Shown here: positions 49,523-57,227 of the stretch, in pieces | How the letters are laid out: every line of letters starts with the position of its first letter | Numbering within the stretch: position 1 is the stretch's first letter | Virus record (IMG/VR): IMGVR_UViG_3300042991_000159 | Span: 35,796-99,795 of that record | Length of the DNA: 64,000 nucleotides | Strand: one strand, 5' to 3' | DNA from: a virus | Made by a program: the position numbers and the translations under genes | Notes under the pieces: generated by a model | Databases searched by the model: none | What the model was told of the DNA's origin: nothing | The model's input: the letters and a program-made list of their open reading frames with translations, nothing else

Positions 49523-51046
49523 TTATAATGCTCTTGTTAATAGTTGATAATCCCAATAAGTACCATCCGATTCTATTCTATAAAGTAATCCGGTTCCATC
49601 AGAATCTAATATTGTTACAGTCCATCCTGCTCCTACCACTGCCGGTGTTGTTCCGGTAATAGCGTCTATCTCTGCGTCTGTCGGTGCGCTATCTGTGAGT
49701 GATCCGGTAAGTTGTGGTTGTTTGTAGTATTTAACTCCTCCATTAACAGATATATGGTAATTCTTGTCAAGATTGAGGGTATTATTTCTAAAATCGGTAT
49801 CACCAGCAAAATTTGTATAACCCCCTGCTTTCATCTGAGGAAGAGCAATATAAATTCCCGCATCATACACATCAGAAATATTCATAAAATTGGTAACGTT
49901 CTCACAAATAAGAGAATCATAACCAGCTGTCCATGTATCTTCTGCTTCAGTAACAAGATGATATCTTGGATCATGCAGATGTAAAAAAGTAGTAGCATTT
50001 CTTGCTAAAGTCGATCCCATAGATATAGCAGCATTTCCATCATTCTTAATACTGTATTTATGGGTATCAAAAACATTATGATATATTTCCCCACTTGACA
50101 TGGGACGAAATTCCAATCCATCATTAAGAGGTCCTCCGACTCCATGTATGTAGGAATTTATTATAGTATTATCCGGTCCAGTAAGTTCTATACAGTCTCC
50201 GGTTGTACTTTTTGCGTAATGTTCTAAAATACAACCGTTAATAGTAAGAGTTCGAGTTCCCCACACGCTCACAGCACCATATGTAGGATAGTCATTAGAC
50301 ATATAACACGTATTGAGATCAACATCATTAGTAAATATAAAATCATAATTTACAATTGCTTCAGCCTGAACAAATTTGATATTTTGAAATCTTATTCGAT
50401 CTCCCCTCAATACATCTTCTGTTTGAACTTCTATCTCAGTTACCCAATTCAGTATAACCCTGTTAAGACCGACTCCTGTACTTATCATAGGAGAAATAAA
50501 AGCAGATGCACTATTGGAAACTATTGGATATCCAATCCATGCTTGGGTTGTTCCGTTTTTACTTGTTCCTAAGAGATGATTGCTTACATCTCCAATAATC
50601 GTACTATCGGTTCTCCACCTGAAATAACTCTGGATTCCAGTTCCGGGGTGGGTTACATTAATTACCTGAACAGTGTCCATTTCACCTGCAAGAATGATTC
50701 TTGCTCCAAGAGTATTTATCCTGTTTATTTTTGGAAATATCTCAGAGGCTTGCCATTTTCCCGGACCCAGATGTACTGTTAAAGGAAAAGCCCCACTTAA
50801 AGCAGAATCTCTATATTCTTTTATTACTTTATCAAATGTCCTCCAAGGAGATTCCTCTGTTCCCTCATTACTATCTGATCCGGTAAGGGAAAGATAAACC
50901 AAATTAGTAGAACTCATAAGACTTCCATATTCCGTACTTACTATATTACCTTCTACTACAAGGTCTCCACGTATTACCCTTGTTTGACTTTGAACTCCAA
51001 TGAAGAGAACGAGTAATGATACAATTAATATTATTTTTTTCATCAT
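49523..51046 (-). CDS. Signal-peptide-bearing right-handed beta-helix (pectin-lyase-like / tailspike-like) protein
   Basis: Signal MKKIILIVSLLVLFIGVQS|Q; beta-helix cap YLSLTGSDSNEGTEESPWRTFDK and TVHLGPGKW; coil repeats such as DNTIINSYIHG and GEIYHNVFD. Confidence 0.75.
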   Translation of the reverse strand: MMKKIILIVSLLVLFIGVQSQTRVIRGDLVVEGNIVSTEYGSLMSSTNLVYLSLTGSDSNEGTEESPWRTFDKVIKEYRDSALSGAFPLTVHLGPGKWQASEIFPKINRINTLGARIILAGEMDTVQVINVTHPGTGIQSYFRWRTDSTIIGDVSNHLLGTSKNGTTQAWIGYPIVSNSASAFISPMISTGVGLNRVILNWVTEIEVQTEDVLRGDRIRFQNIKFVQAEAIVNYDFIFTNDVDLNTCYMSNDYPTYGAVSVWGTRTLTINGCILEHYAKSTTGDCIELTGPDNTIINSYIHGVGGPLNDGLEFRPMSSGEIYHNVFDTHKYSIKNDGNAAISMGSTLARNATTFLHLHDPRYHLVTEAEDTWTAGYDSLICENVTNFMNISDVYDAGIYIALPQMKAGGYTNFAGDTDFRNNTLNLDKNYHISVNGGVKYYKQPQLTGSLTDSAPTDAEIDAITGTTPAVVGAGWTVTILDSDGTGLLYRIESDGTYWDYQLLTRAL

Positions 51047-51480
51047 ATTCCCAAAGTTTTAATTTGTGCATCTAATCTGCCATTCTCTCCCGTAGAAGCA
51101 AGAGTAACAGTTAATATAATATCCAAGCCTGAAACGGATGAAGTAAAAATTACTTGAGGGGAAGTTCCGTTATCCTGAAAATCATCAAGAACGGATACAC
51201 TTGTCCCATCATAAAGAATCCTTACAACACCTTCCTGAAAAGCTGATCCTCTTCGCAAGAGATATGTGACATGGATAGAGCGAATCGTCTTAGCGTTTCC
51301 CACAATAACATTTGTAGATTGTCCATCTCTTAATAACAGATTCTCAACCGCTCCTGATAAACCTCCATACTCAACAATATACTTCAATAGTTTATTTATA
51401 TGAACACCTCTTGCAATAAAGCTATCATTAGGAGAACGATATTCTTTTGGATTATTTGTAAATTTTTCAAATTTTCCCAT
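51043..51480 (-). CDS. Short fibre/decoration protein
   Basis: N-terminus similar to that of 47045..49492; C-terminal beta-sandwich. Confidence 0.6.
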   Translation of the reverse strand: MGKFEKFTNNPKEYRSPNDSFIARGVHINKLLKYIVEYGGLSGAVENLLLRDGQSTNVIVGNAKTIRSIHVTYLLRRGSAFQEGVVRILYDGTSVSVLDDFQDNGTSPQVIFTSSVSGLDIILTVTLASTGENGRLDAQIKTLGI

Positions 51481-51503
51481 GATTGATACGTATATATATT
51501 TTT

Positions 51504-51511
51504 CAAAGTTA
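51504..51511 (-). promoter_or_regulatory. -7 promoter element for the first fibre operon
   Basis: TAACTTTG on the minus strand, 23 nt upstream of ATG 51480. Confidence 0.55.
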
Positions 51512-51545
51512 ATTATTTTTTCTGAGAAAGGAAAGGAACGCTCTC

Positions 51546-51734
51546 TCAGGCAAAGACTTTATTTTTTGATAATTCCTGCTCAACATACCAATCTCTGTTT
51601 TCCGTATTCCATACTACATAATAAGAATACCTTTCAGTAGATGCGAAGTACCTCCAATCAATGACAACTCCAATATCACTTTCGGGAGTAATGTGGTAAA
51701 CTCTATCTCCGATATTATATTTATTTTCCCACAT
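51546..51734 (-). CDS. Small SH3-like hypothetical protein
   Basis: KYNIGDRVYHI...YYVVW...YVEQEL pattern. Confidence 0.6.
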   Translation of the reverse strand: MWENKYNIGDRVYHITPESDIGVVIDWRYFASTERYSYYVVWNTENRDWYVEQELSKNKVFA

Positions 51735-51906
51735 TCGTCAAAATTTTATTTAAAACTATTGATTCTTAAATTTATTTCCTTTAACTTCGCCTCATGAGCA
51801 TTTTCATAATGCGAATTTAAACTCCCTTTAAAATCACCACTTTTTTTCTTTTTGCTACTTTTTCTTTTTTGTTCACGCTTTACTTTATATAATATATACT
51901 AACTAC

Positions 51907-52335
51907 TTATATACGAAGAAGTAAAGATACTCCAGCCGCTAAAAGAAGAATCCTTGGAATCCAGAACGTAGGACCGGGATATTGTTTTTTCGTAATCCTT
52001 GCAAGTATTCTGTCATAAAACTTTACTGTACCTATATAATACAAGTCAAGTTTCGCAGCAAGGTTATGTATCCCATCAAATAGTGCATATCGGACGAACA
52101 ACCATCCGAGAATAAAGTGTGGTAGAAAGAATCTGTAAAATTTCCAAGGATAAAAAGGATTGAAATAATCCTGATCATATTGCGTATCGAAATACACGAC
52201 AATAATAAGCGCAGGTAGTCCAGCAAGCTTTATAGCTTCAATCATTCCTGCTACGGTTCCTTTACCTCTGAGGGCAAGTCCTTCATGTACTGCCTCAAGT
52301 ATAGTAAAGAATACAATAATCCATAATAATGTCAT
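51907..52335 (-). CDS. Multi-pass membrane protein
   Basis: About four hydrophobic segments; RYALFDGIHNL...YYIG motif. Confidence 0.65.
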   Translation of the reverse strand: MTLLWIIVFFTILEAVHEGLALRGKGTVAGMIEAIKLAGLPALIIVVYFDTQYDQDYFNPFYPWKFYRFFLPHFILGWLFVRYALFDGIHNLAAKLDLYYIGTVKFYDRILARITKKQYPGPTFWIPRILLLAAGVSLLLRI

Positions 52336-52348
52336 AGTGCAAGTTATG

Positions 52349-52403
52349 AAATTTTTTCTGGAAAAATAAAATTTTTTGAAGAATAAAAATTTTTTGGAAA
52401 AAT
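52349..52403. repeat. Three AT-tract direct repeats at the strand switch
   Basis: aaattttttctggaaaaat / aaattttttgaagaat / aaattttttggaaaaat, spaced ~19 bp apart. Confidence 0.65.
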
Positions 52404-52500
52404 ATCGGGAGAGCTGACCACCTTATCAACAACCCCCACTAAGTTTTGCGGTTGGGAGATACCGGACACTTAATCATTGTTCAATTAAAACTTATTTGCT

Positions 52501-52755
52501 ATGTTACGAAACATTTCTGTATCGGAGTTCAAGCGGATCGAAGGAGTCGATACCGTTCAGATCGTTAGAAATCCTAATACAACCAAGCTCTTTGCTTCGG
52601 TTGGTAATGGAAAGAATTACCGTGTGGAGGCTGCTATTGATACAGCCAAGCCGGTTGAGTTCTTGTACGACGATGATGCTACCTTGGAAACAGGTGGCAT
52701 TGAGAACGGTTGCTTCATCAATCAGCGTGCTAACAACGTTGTTGCTACCCTGTAG
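52501..52755 (+). CDS. First gene of the early arm (84 aa)
   Basis: ISVSEFKRIEG...IVRNPNTTKLFAS; richer in C-ending codons than its neighbours; has its own terminator. Confidence 0.8.
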   Translation: MLRNISVSEFKRIEGVDTVQIVRNPNTTKLFASVGNGKNYRVEAAIDTAKPVEFLYDDDATLETGGIENGCFINQRANNVVATL

Positions 52756-52764
52756 GACACCAAT

Positions 52765-52806
52765 ACGTCTCTGCATCTGCTATTAACGCAGGTGTAGAGG
52801 CGTTTT
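52765..52806 (+). terminator. Intrinsic terminator
   Basis: ACGTCTCTGCATCTGC-loop-GCAGGTGTAGAGGCGT followed by TTT. Confidence 0.8.
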
Positions 52807-52997
52807 ATTGAAGGACTGTTGATGATCATAGTTGATTAGTTTAGAACGTATTAAGTGTTTGACGTTGAAGAAGATGAGAGTTGGTTGGACTTCAATAACC
52901 CACCAATATCATACTCATCACCTATAATCCAACCATGTTATCTCATATTAATATAGCTTAAATAACACATAAACATCAATTATAATCTAAATACATT

Positions 52998-53132
52998 ATA
53001 AAGATAAGAAGACGCTCTCTTACCAGCAGAGCGTATAGTTCTCCGTAAAGTTGTATCACTCAATGATTGTTAGTAATCTGATACATAAAACTAGAGTAAT
53101 AGCTGTTTTAAGAAATATCTTCTTATCTTTAT
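52998..53132 (+). ncRNA. Candidate structured RNA element 1
   Basis: 15-bp perfect closing stem enclosing nested hairpins. Confidence 0.5.
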
Positions 53133-53161
53133 TCTTTTGTAACTAACTAACTTATAATATT

Positions 53162-53398
53162 ATGAACAAAGACAGACTTACATTCAGAAGTGGATTGAAC
53201 TACATATTAAATGTATTTCTTGTAGTACTTACTGTTTATCTATTTGTGCAATTTAGTAATCAAATCAAATCACAAAGATATGAAAACTCTATTAAGAATC
53301 CGGAGAATCAACCGTTTGTTCTTGAATGTGCTTTTAATCTTGGTATTCCTATTGATAGTGTAACTCAGGAACAATTTAATGAGCGTTATTTAAAATAA
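53162..53398 (+). CDS. Small single-TM protein
   Basis: 78 aa with hydrophobic YILNVFLVVLTVYLFV. Confidence 0.65.
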   Translation: MNKDRLTFRSGLNYILNVFLVVLTVYLFVQFSNQIKSQRYENSIKNPENQPFVLECAFNLGIPIDSVTQEQFNERYLK

Positions 53399-53432
53399 TT
53401 ATTATCTTTATACAAACTAAATACTTTATGCT

Positions 53433-53588
53433 ATGTCAACATCATGGAGATCGAAAGCAAAGAAATTTTCTCACAGGATAAAGGATGATACAATCTTCCT
53501 CAATCCTCAGAACAACAGGAAACGTATACGTGGAAGGAACGTGCAAGTTGATCCTAAAACAGGTCGTAAAATAGTTCATACATCATGA
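53433..53588 (+). CDS. Small basic protein (51 aa, not in track)
   Basis: MSTSWRSKAKKFSHRIKDDTIFLNPQNNRKRIRGRNVQVDPKTGRKIVHTS*; ATGA overlap with the next ORF. Confidence 0.6.
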   Translation: MSTSWRSKAKKFSHRIKDDTIFLNPQNNRKRIRGRNVQVDPKTGRKIVHTS

Positions 53589-53764
53589 GACGATCAAAAA
53601 CTCACTTCAAGAACACGGAAGCCGATATTAAGGTTTCACGAGCCAACGATGGACAATTACCTGCTAAACGTCAGGCTATTCACGATATGAAAGAATCTGG
53701 AATACCATTTCCATCTATCATTAATTGTGAAAGTTTGATTAGGTCTTATTGCCAATTAAACTAA
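53585..53764 (+). CDS. Small protein (59 aa, not in track)
   Basis: MRRSKTHFKNTEADIKVSRANDGQLPAKRQAIHDMKESGIPFPSIINCESLIRSYCQLN*; translationally coupled. Confidence 0.55.
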   Translation: MRRSKTHFKNTEADIKVSRANDGQLPAKRQAIHDMKESGIPFPSIINCESLIRSYCQLN

Positions 53765-53778
53765 ATATACTTTACGTT

Positions 53779-54060
53779 ATGAACACTAGAACAATCTCCC
53801 ATAAAAGGGACATGGAAAAAATTACTATTTTTGTTATTCACATTGTAACTGTTATTCTTCTTGCATGGTGGATTGATTCAAAGATTGATCATGTTGCATT
53901 TAGAGAGAGTGAGATGATACAATGGTATTATGATGCTCATTTTTTTGCAAGACTTGGAGTATCTACAATATATATATTTGTGGTAACTGCATTTGTATTC
54001 TTGTGGAGAACAATCATTAAATATCTTGTTAGCTCAATCTTTTATAAGATATATAGGTAA
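53779..54060 (+). CDS. Two-TM membrane protein
   Basis: Two hydrophobic helices; TAATG overlap with the beta-barrel gene. Confidence 0.6.
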   Translation: MNTRTISHKRDMEKITIFVIHIVTVILLAWWIDSKIDHVAFRESEMIQWYYDAHFFARLGVSTIYIFVVTAFVFLWRTIIKYLVSSIFYKIYR

Positions 54061-54569
54061 TGAGAAAACAAGTAATAGTACTTTTAGGAATTTTAGTTGG
54101 CATAGTTCTGTCTGTTAATGGACAGGACTATCGCCAGCTACGTGAGACACCTCACGATGCTATCTACTTAGCCTATCAACCTTGGGATCATGGCTTAGGT
54201 ATAAGATATGATCATCATATCAACTATTGGGCTGGACTATATGGTTCAGCATCTTATGGTAGATTAGGATTGTATAAATATTCTGGATTAGGACAACACG
54301 TAAAATTAACTACTGGTGTTCTTATTCCATTTAAGGATTGGAGAGGTAATCAACATGATTTTACTCTTGGTTTAAACTATCATTGGGTATCTGGTGTAGT
54401 AGAAACTAATGAAACATTTAAAGATAATCCTATATTCCATGAGCCATTCTCATTCGAAATTGGTTTAACAATTAAAATGGAACGCTTTGCTCTTGGTATG
54501 AGAACTGATATATTACGTTGGGAACCATGTATTGATATTGGTATTCCGATAAGAAGAAATTCCCATTAG
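54060..54569 (+). CDS. Small outer-membrane beta-barrel protein
   Basis: Signal peptide MRKQVIVLLGILVGIVLSVNG|Q; about eight alternating amphipathic strands (YLAYQ, GLGIRYD, GLYGSASYG, KLTTGVLI, DFTLGLNY, SFEIGLTI, FALGMRTD, CIDIGIP). Confidence 0.65.
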   Translation: MRKQVIVLLGILVGIVLSVNGQDYRQLRETPHDAIYLAYQPWDHGLGIRYDHHINYWAGLYGSASYGRLGLYKYSGLGQHVKLTTGVLIPFKDWRGNQHDFTLGLNYHWVSGVVETNETFKDNPIFHEPFSFEIGLTIKMERFALGMRTDILRWEPCIDIGIPIRRNSH

Positions 54570-54571
54570 TT

Positions 54572-54915
54572 TAGCTTGTCCGATGAGGGCAATAAAACAA
54601 CCGGACCTAAGAAATCTGGTAGAACCTGAGAAAAGAATAAACAGGATGGGTGTAAAAGAGTCACAAGCAAGATACTTAATCATAAATGCCTTCTGCCGGT
54701 AGTGCAGTGACAATCCATTAACGATACAATATGCTCGTATTGATGAACGTGTACAGCGTAATGTAATTGGAATAAACGATTCCTTATAAAGATGTGGTAG
54801 AAAGAAGATGACTCGCTCTAACTGACAAACACGGAGTATATGCAAAAATGACAACACTTTCGATTCAGCTCCGAGGTGAAAAAAGCTCTAACATATCTTG
54901 GAGTCGTCTTCTTTC
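54572..54915 (+). ncRNA. Candidate large structured RNA (includes element 2)
   Basis: 380-nt gap without a plus-strand ORF, holding at least five hairpins and a 15-bp long-range stem (54800-54814 with 54901-54915). Confidence 0.5.
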
Positions 54916-54950
54916 AATTTTAATTGCGTTTTTAAACTAAACATTTACAA

Positions 54951-55391
54951 ATGAATAATAAATCTAAAACGTTGCCAGTAGAACCTGAGAGGTTAGAGGT
55001 AATCAAAGCTCAAGTCGTTGATGAATTTTATGCAAAGGCTTTACGAAAAGAAGAACTTGAATTTAGTAGTGGTCAAGTTGTTGAAATTATCCATGAAATT
55101 TCTATTACTAAAGAAGAGTGTAAGAACATTACTATGTTGGAAACTGAGCATATCATGACCAACAAAAAGCATATTGAGAACATCTTTCATGCTGTTATTG
55201 ATCGTGCTCACAAAGAAATAGGAGATTTTCATGATTGTAAAAAATGTCCTTTAGAATATCTTTGTGAACCCTCTCAATTTGATAGTATGGAAGAGTTTGT
55301 GAAAGGTCTTGGTTTATCCAAAGAACGTGAAGCTGTTCTTATTCAGATGTTAATGTCTCAACTAAAACATGATCTAAGAAACATGAATTAA
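54951..55391 (+). CDS. Hypothetical protein with CxxCxxxxxC motif
   Basis: 146 aa; DCKKCPLEYLC. Confidence 0.65.
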   Translation: MNNKSKTLPVEPERLEVIKAQVVDEFYAKALRKEELEFSSGQVVEIIHEISITKEECKNITMLETEHIMTNKKHIENIFHAVIDRAHKEIGDFHDCKKCPLEYLCEPSQFDSMEEFVKGLGLSKEREAVLIQMLMSQLKHDLRNMN

Positions 55392-55413
55392 AACATAATT
55401 AAATAGAAATAAA

Positions 55414-55722
55414 ATGTTAAAAACTATATTTGTTACTTATTTTAGCGATAGAACTAATATTGCTAATGATTGTAAAATCAAAAGATATGCATTCAACACT
55501 GAATCTGATGTAAAAATTGGTGATGAGTTGAAATCAAAGTCATATTCCAGTTCAATGAGTGTTGTAGAAATATTGGATAAAGCGTACACCTATTATAATA
55601 ATATTAATGGGGATTTGTCCAATGAAATTACATCCACTTCTATGAGAAAGATTAAGGTGTTGGAAATAAGAGAAGAGGAAGACAACATTGTATACGCCAC
55701 CAAAGTTGAAGAAACTAAATAG
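55414..55722 (+). CDS. Hypothetical protein
   Basis: 102 aa; KRYAFNTESDVKIGDELKS. Confidence 0.65.
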   Translation: MLKTIFVTYFSDRTNIANDCKIKRYAFNTESDVKIGDELKSKSYSSSMSVVEILDKAYTYYNNINGDLSNEITSTSMRKIKVLEIREEEDNIVYATKVEETK

Positions 55723-55732
55723 TTATGACGAT

Positions 55733-55860
55733 AAGATGAAGTCGCTATTAAAAACAGTTCATAAATATTTGGTGAGGGAAGGAGAAAGACCTTCTCTTTT
55801 TGGGAGAAAATGAGAACGCTCCCGTATATTAAATAGGTTATTCTCAATAGGTTTCATCTT
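55733..55860 (+). ncRNA. Candidate structured RNA element 3
   Basis: Closing stem AAGATGAAGTC(GC)TATT / AATAGGTTTCATCTT with two internal hairpins. Confidence 0.45.
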
Positions 55861-55893
55861 GGGGGTATATACAGAAATGTGTGTACCCTTTTT
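55861..55893 (+). terminator. Intrinsic terminator
   Basis: GGGTATATAC-AGAAAT-GTGTGTACCC followed by TTTTT. Confidence 0.75.
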
Positions 55894-55907
55894 ATAAATT
55901 TACTCAG

Positions 55908-56171
55908 ATGCAAAAAAAACAACATCAAAGTAAGAAACAAAATCGTAAACCAAAGCTTTTAGAATGTGTAAGAGTATCAGAGTTTGATATTGCTCGTAGA
56001 ATAGCATTACTTACAAATATCAGACAAGGATATGGGAAAGCTGTACAAGTTGGACTAGATATTAAATATACTGTAGGTACTGAGTTTCATGGTCTTGTTG
56101 AATATACTATTGTCAATGCGAAAATCCATGGATATGAAACGCAGAATATGGAAAATTTTGGAAGAATATGA
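55908..56171 (+). CDS. Hypothetical basic protein
   Basis: Likely ATG at 55908 (MQKKQHQ). Confidence 0.55.
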   Translation: MQKKQHQSKKQNRKPKLLECVRVSEFDIARRIALLTNIRQGYGKAVQVGLDIKYTVGTEFHGLVEYTIVNAKIHGYETQNMENFGRI

Positions 56172-56271
56172 TAAGAATCCTTGTGCTATTGTATTATTTA
56201 CAATATTCATTATGATATTAATTATAGGATTTGCATTATTAATGGCAGTTATAAAACTGTTATGGTTCTAA
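56089..56271 (+). CDS. Small single-TM protein (start uncertain)
   Basis: Hydrophobic AIVLFTIFIMILIIGFALLMAVI; TAATG overlap with the next gene. Confidence 0.45.
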   Translation: MVLLNILLSMRKSMDMKRRIWKILEEYDKNPCAIVLFTIFIMILIIGFALLMAVIKLLWF

Positions 56272-56933
56272 TGAATAATTTCAGTGAAAAAAACTACTCA
56301 GAGTTCTTCAAGGAAGACCTCTATGGTGGGTTCGTTGATTATTTGATTAACGAATACGGAGTCAAATATTGTTTGGCTGTTCTTCGGAACGATGATTTAA
56401 TTACCAAGAAGGGAATACATCCTGTATTTCAGAAAGACTTTAAAGTTTTTCTTTCCCTTAATCCTCTGATAAAGAAAGAGTTTGCAAGAAATCACAATCG
56501 TTTCATGCAACTCCGGAATATAGCAGATGAAAATCTTGCTTTTCCTATTGATACTGCTGATGAATCAGTAATGGTTCAACAAAAGATTAGAATACCGGAG
56601 TTTATTTCTGTTAAAGACGATATTATTCGTGCAACAAAGGAAATGAAACGTTCCGCAGCTCCTATGAAAGGACAAATTCTGAAAGGCGAATGGAAAGAAA
56701 AAAGGTATCATTTACCAAAACGCCTTACTATCCATCTCAAAAAGGGATTAGCTATGAGAATGAGAAAGACAACTCTCAATTTTATGGTTAATTCCAGACA
56801 AGAGGCAATCTCTATTATGATTGATCGTTTTACTGACAATGTTGCGTATGCTACAATCCAGAACGAAGAAGAGTTTGTATTTGTAAAACCGAGAAATGGA
56901 AAAATCAAAAGGAGTCGTAAACTTCGTGGTTAG
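56271..56933 (+). CDS. Hypothetical protein
   Basis: Likely ATG at 56271 (MNNFSEKNY), 220 aa. Confidence 0.65.
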   Translation: MNNFSEKNYSEFFKEDLYGGFVDYLINEYGVKYCLAVLRNDDLITKKGIHPVFQKDFKVFLSLNPLIKKEFARNHNRFMQLRNIADENLAFPIDTADESVMVQQKIRIPEFISVKDDIIRATKEMKRSAAPMKGQILKGEWKEKRYHLPKRLTIHLKKGLAMRMRKTTLNFMVNSRQEAISIMIDRFTDNVAYATIQNEEEFVFVKPRNGKIKRSRKLRG

Positions 56934-57219
56934 ATATAACAGTGATCCGGTAGCCGGTATCTCTGAAAACCACTGTTCTGATATATTATCTCTTACTGAC
57001 ACTGATGAAAGAGGTTTTGATACTCAGAATGAAGCTATATTATTTTTGTCTGAATGTACGAGTCCGATAACCTGTCTTGAAGAACTCGTTCCGGAATTAA
57101 AGAATTTAAAGTGTAGTAAAAACTTTAAGTTCTTGCTTCCCGAACGAAATATTAAACCGAAACATCAATTGATGGCTTCAATGGACTATGTGTTACACTC
57201 TACAAAGAGATGGGAATAG
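56896..57219 (+). CDS. Hypothetical protein
   Basis: 107 aa. Confidence 0.55.
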   Translation: MEKSKGVVNFVVRYNSDPVAGISENHCSDILSLTDTDERGFDTQNEAILFLSECTSPITCLEELVPELKNLKCSKNFKFLLPERNIKPKHQLMASMDYVLHSTKRWE

Positions 57220-57227
57220 TATAGTAT

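Noticed and set aside
49523-49720. Type IX secretion C-terminal domain on the signal-peptide beta-helix protein
   Set aside because: It lacks the YPNP and terminal KxxK-type motifs.
14820-51480. Diversity-generating retroelement acting on fibre genes
   Set aside because: No reverse transcriptase, and no template/variable repeat pair differing at adenines was seen in the window.
5-52300. Many plus-strand ORFs in the track opposite structural genes (and minus-strand ORFs opposite the replication genes)
   Set aside because: They are antisense shadows of long real genes, with F/I/S/L-biased composition and no motifs.
52349-52403. CRISPR mini-array
   Set aside because: The repeats are short, degenerate A/T tracts without spacers.
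54575-54625. Hammerhead ribozyme suggested by CCGATGAG
   Set aside because: The core should be CUGANGA with a correctly placed GAAA and three stems; the match is imperfect and I could not build the fold.
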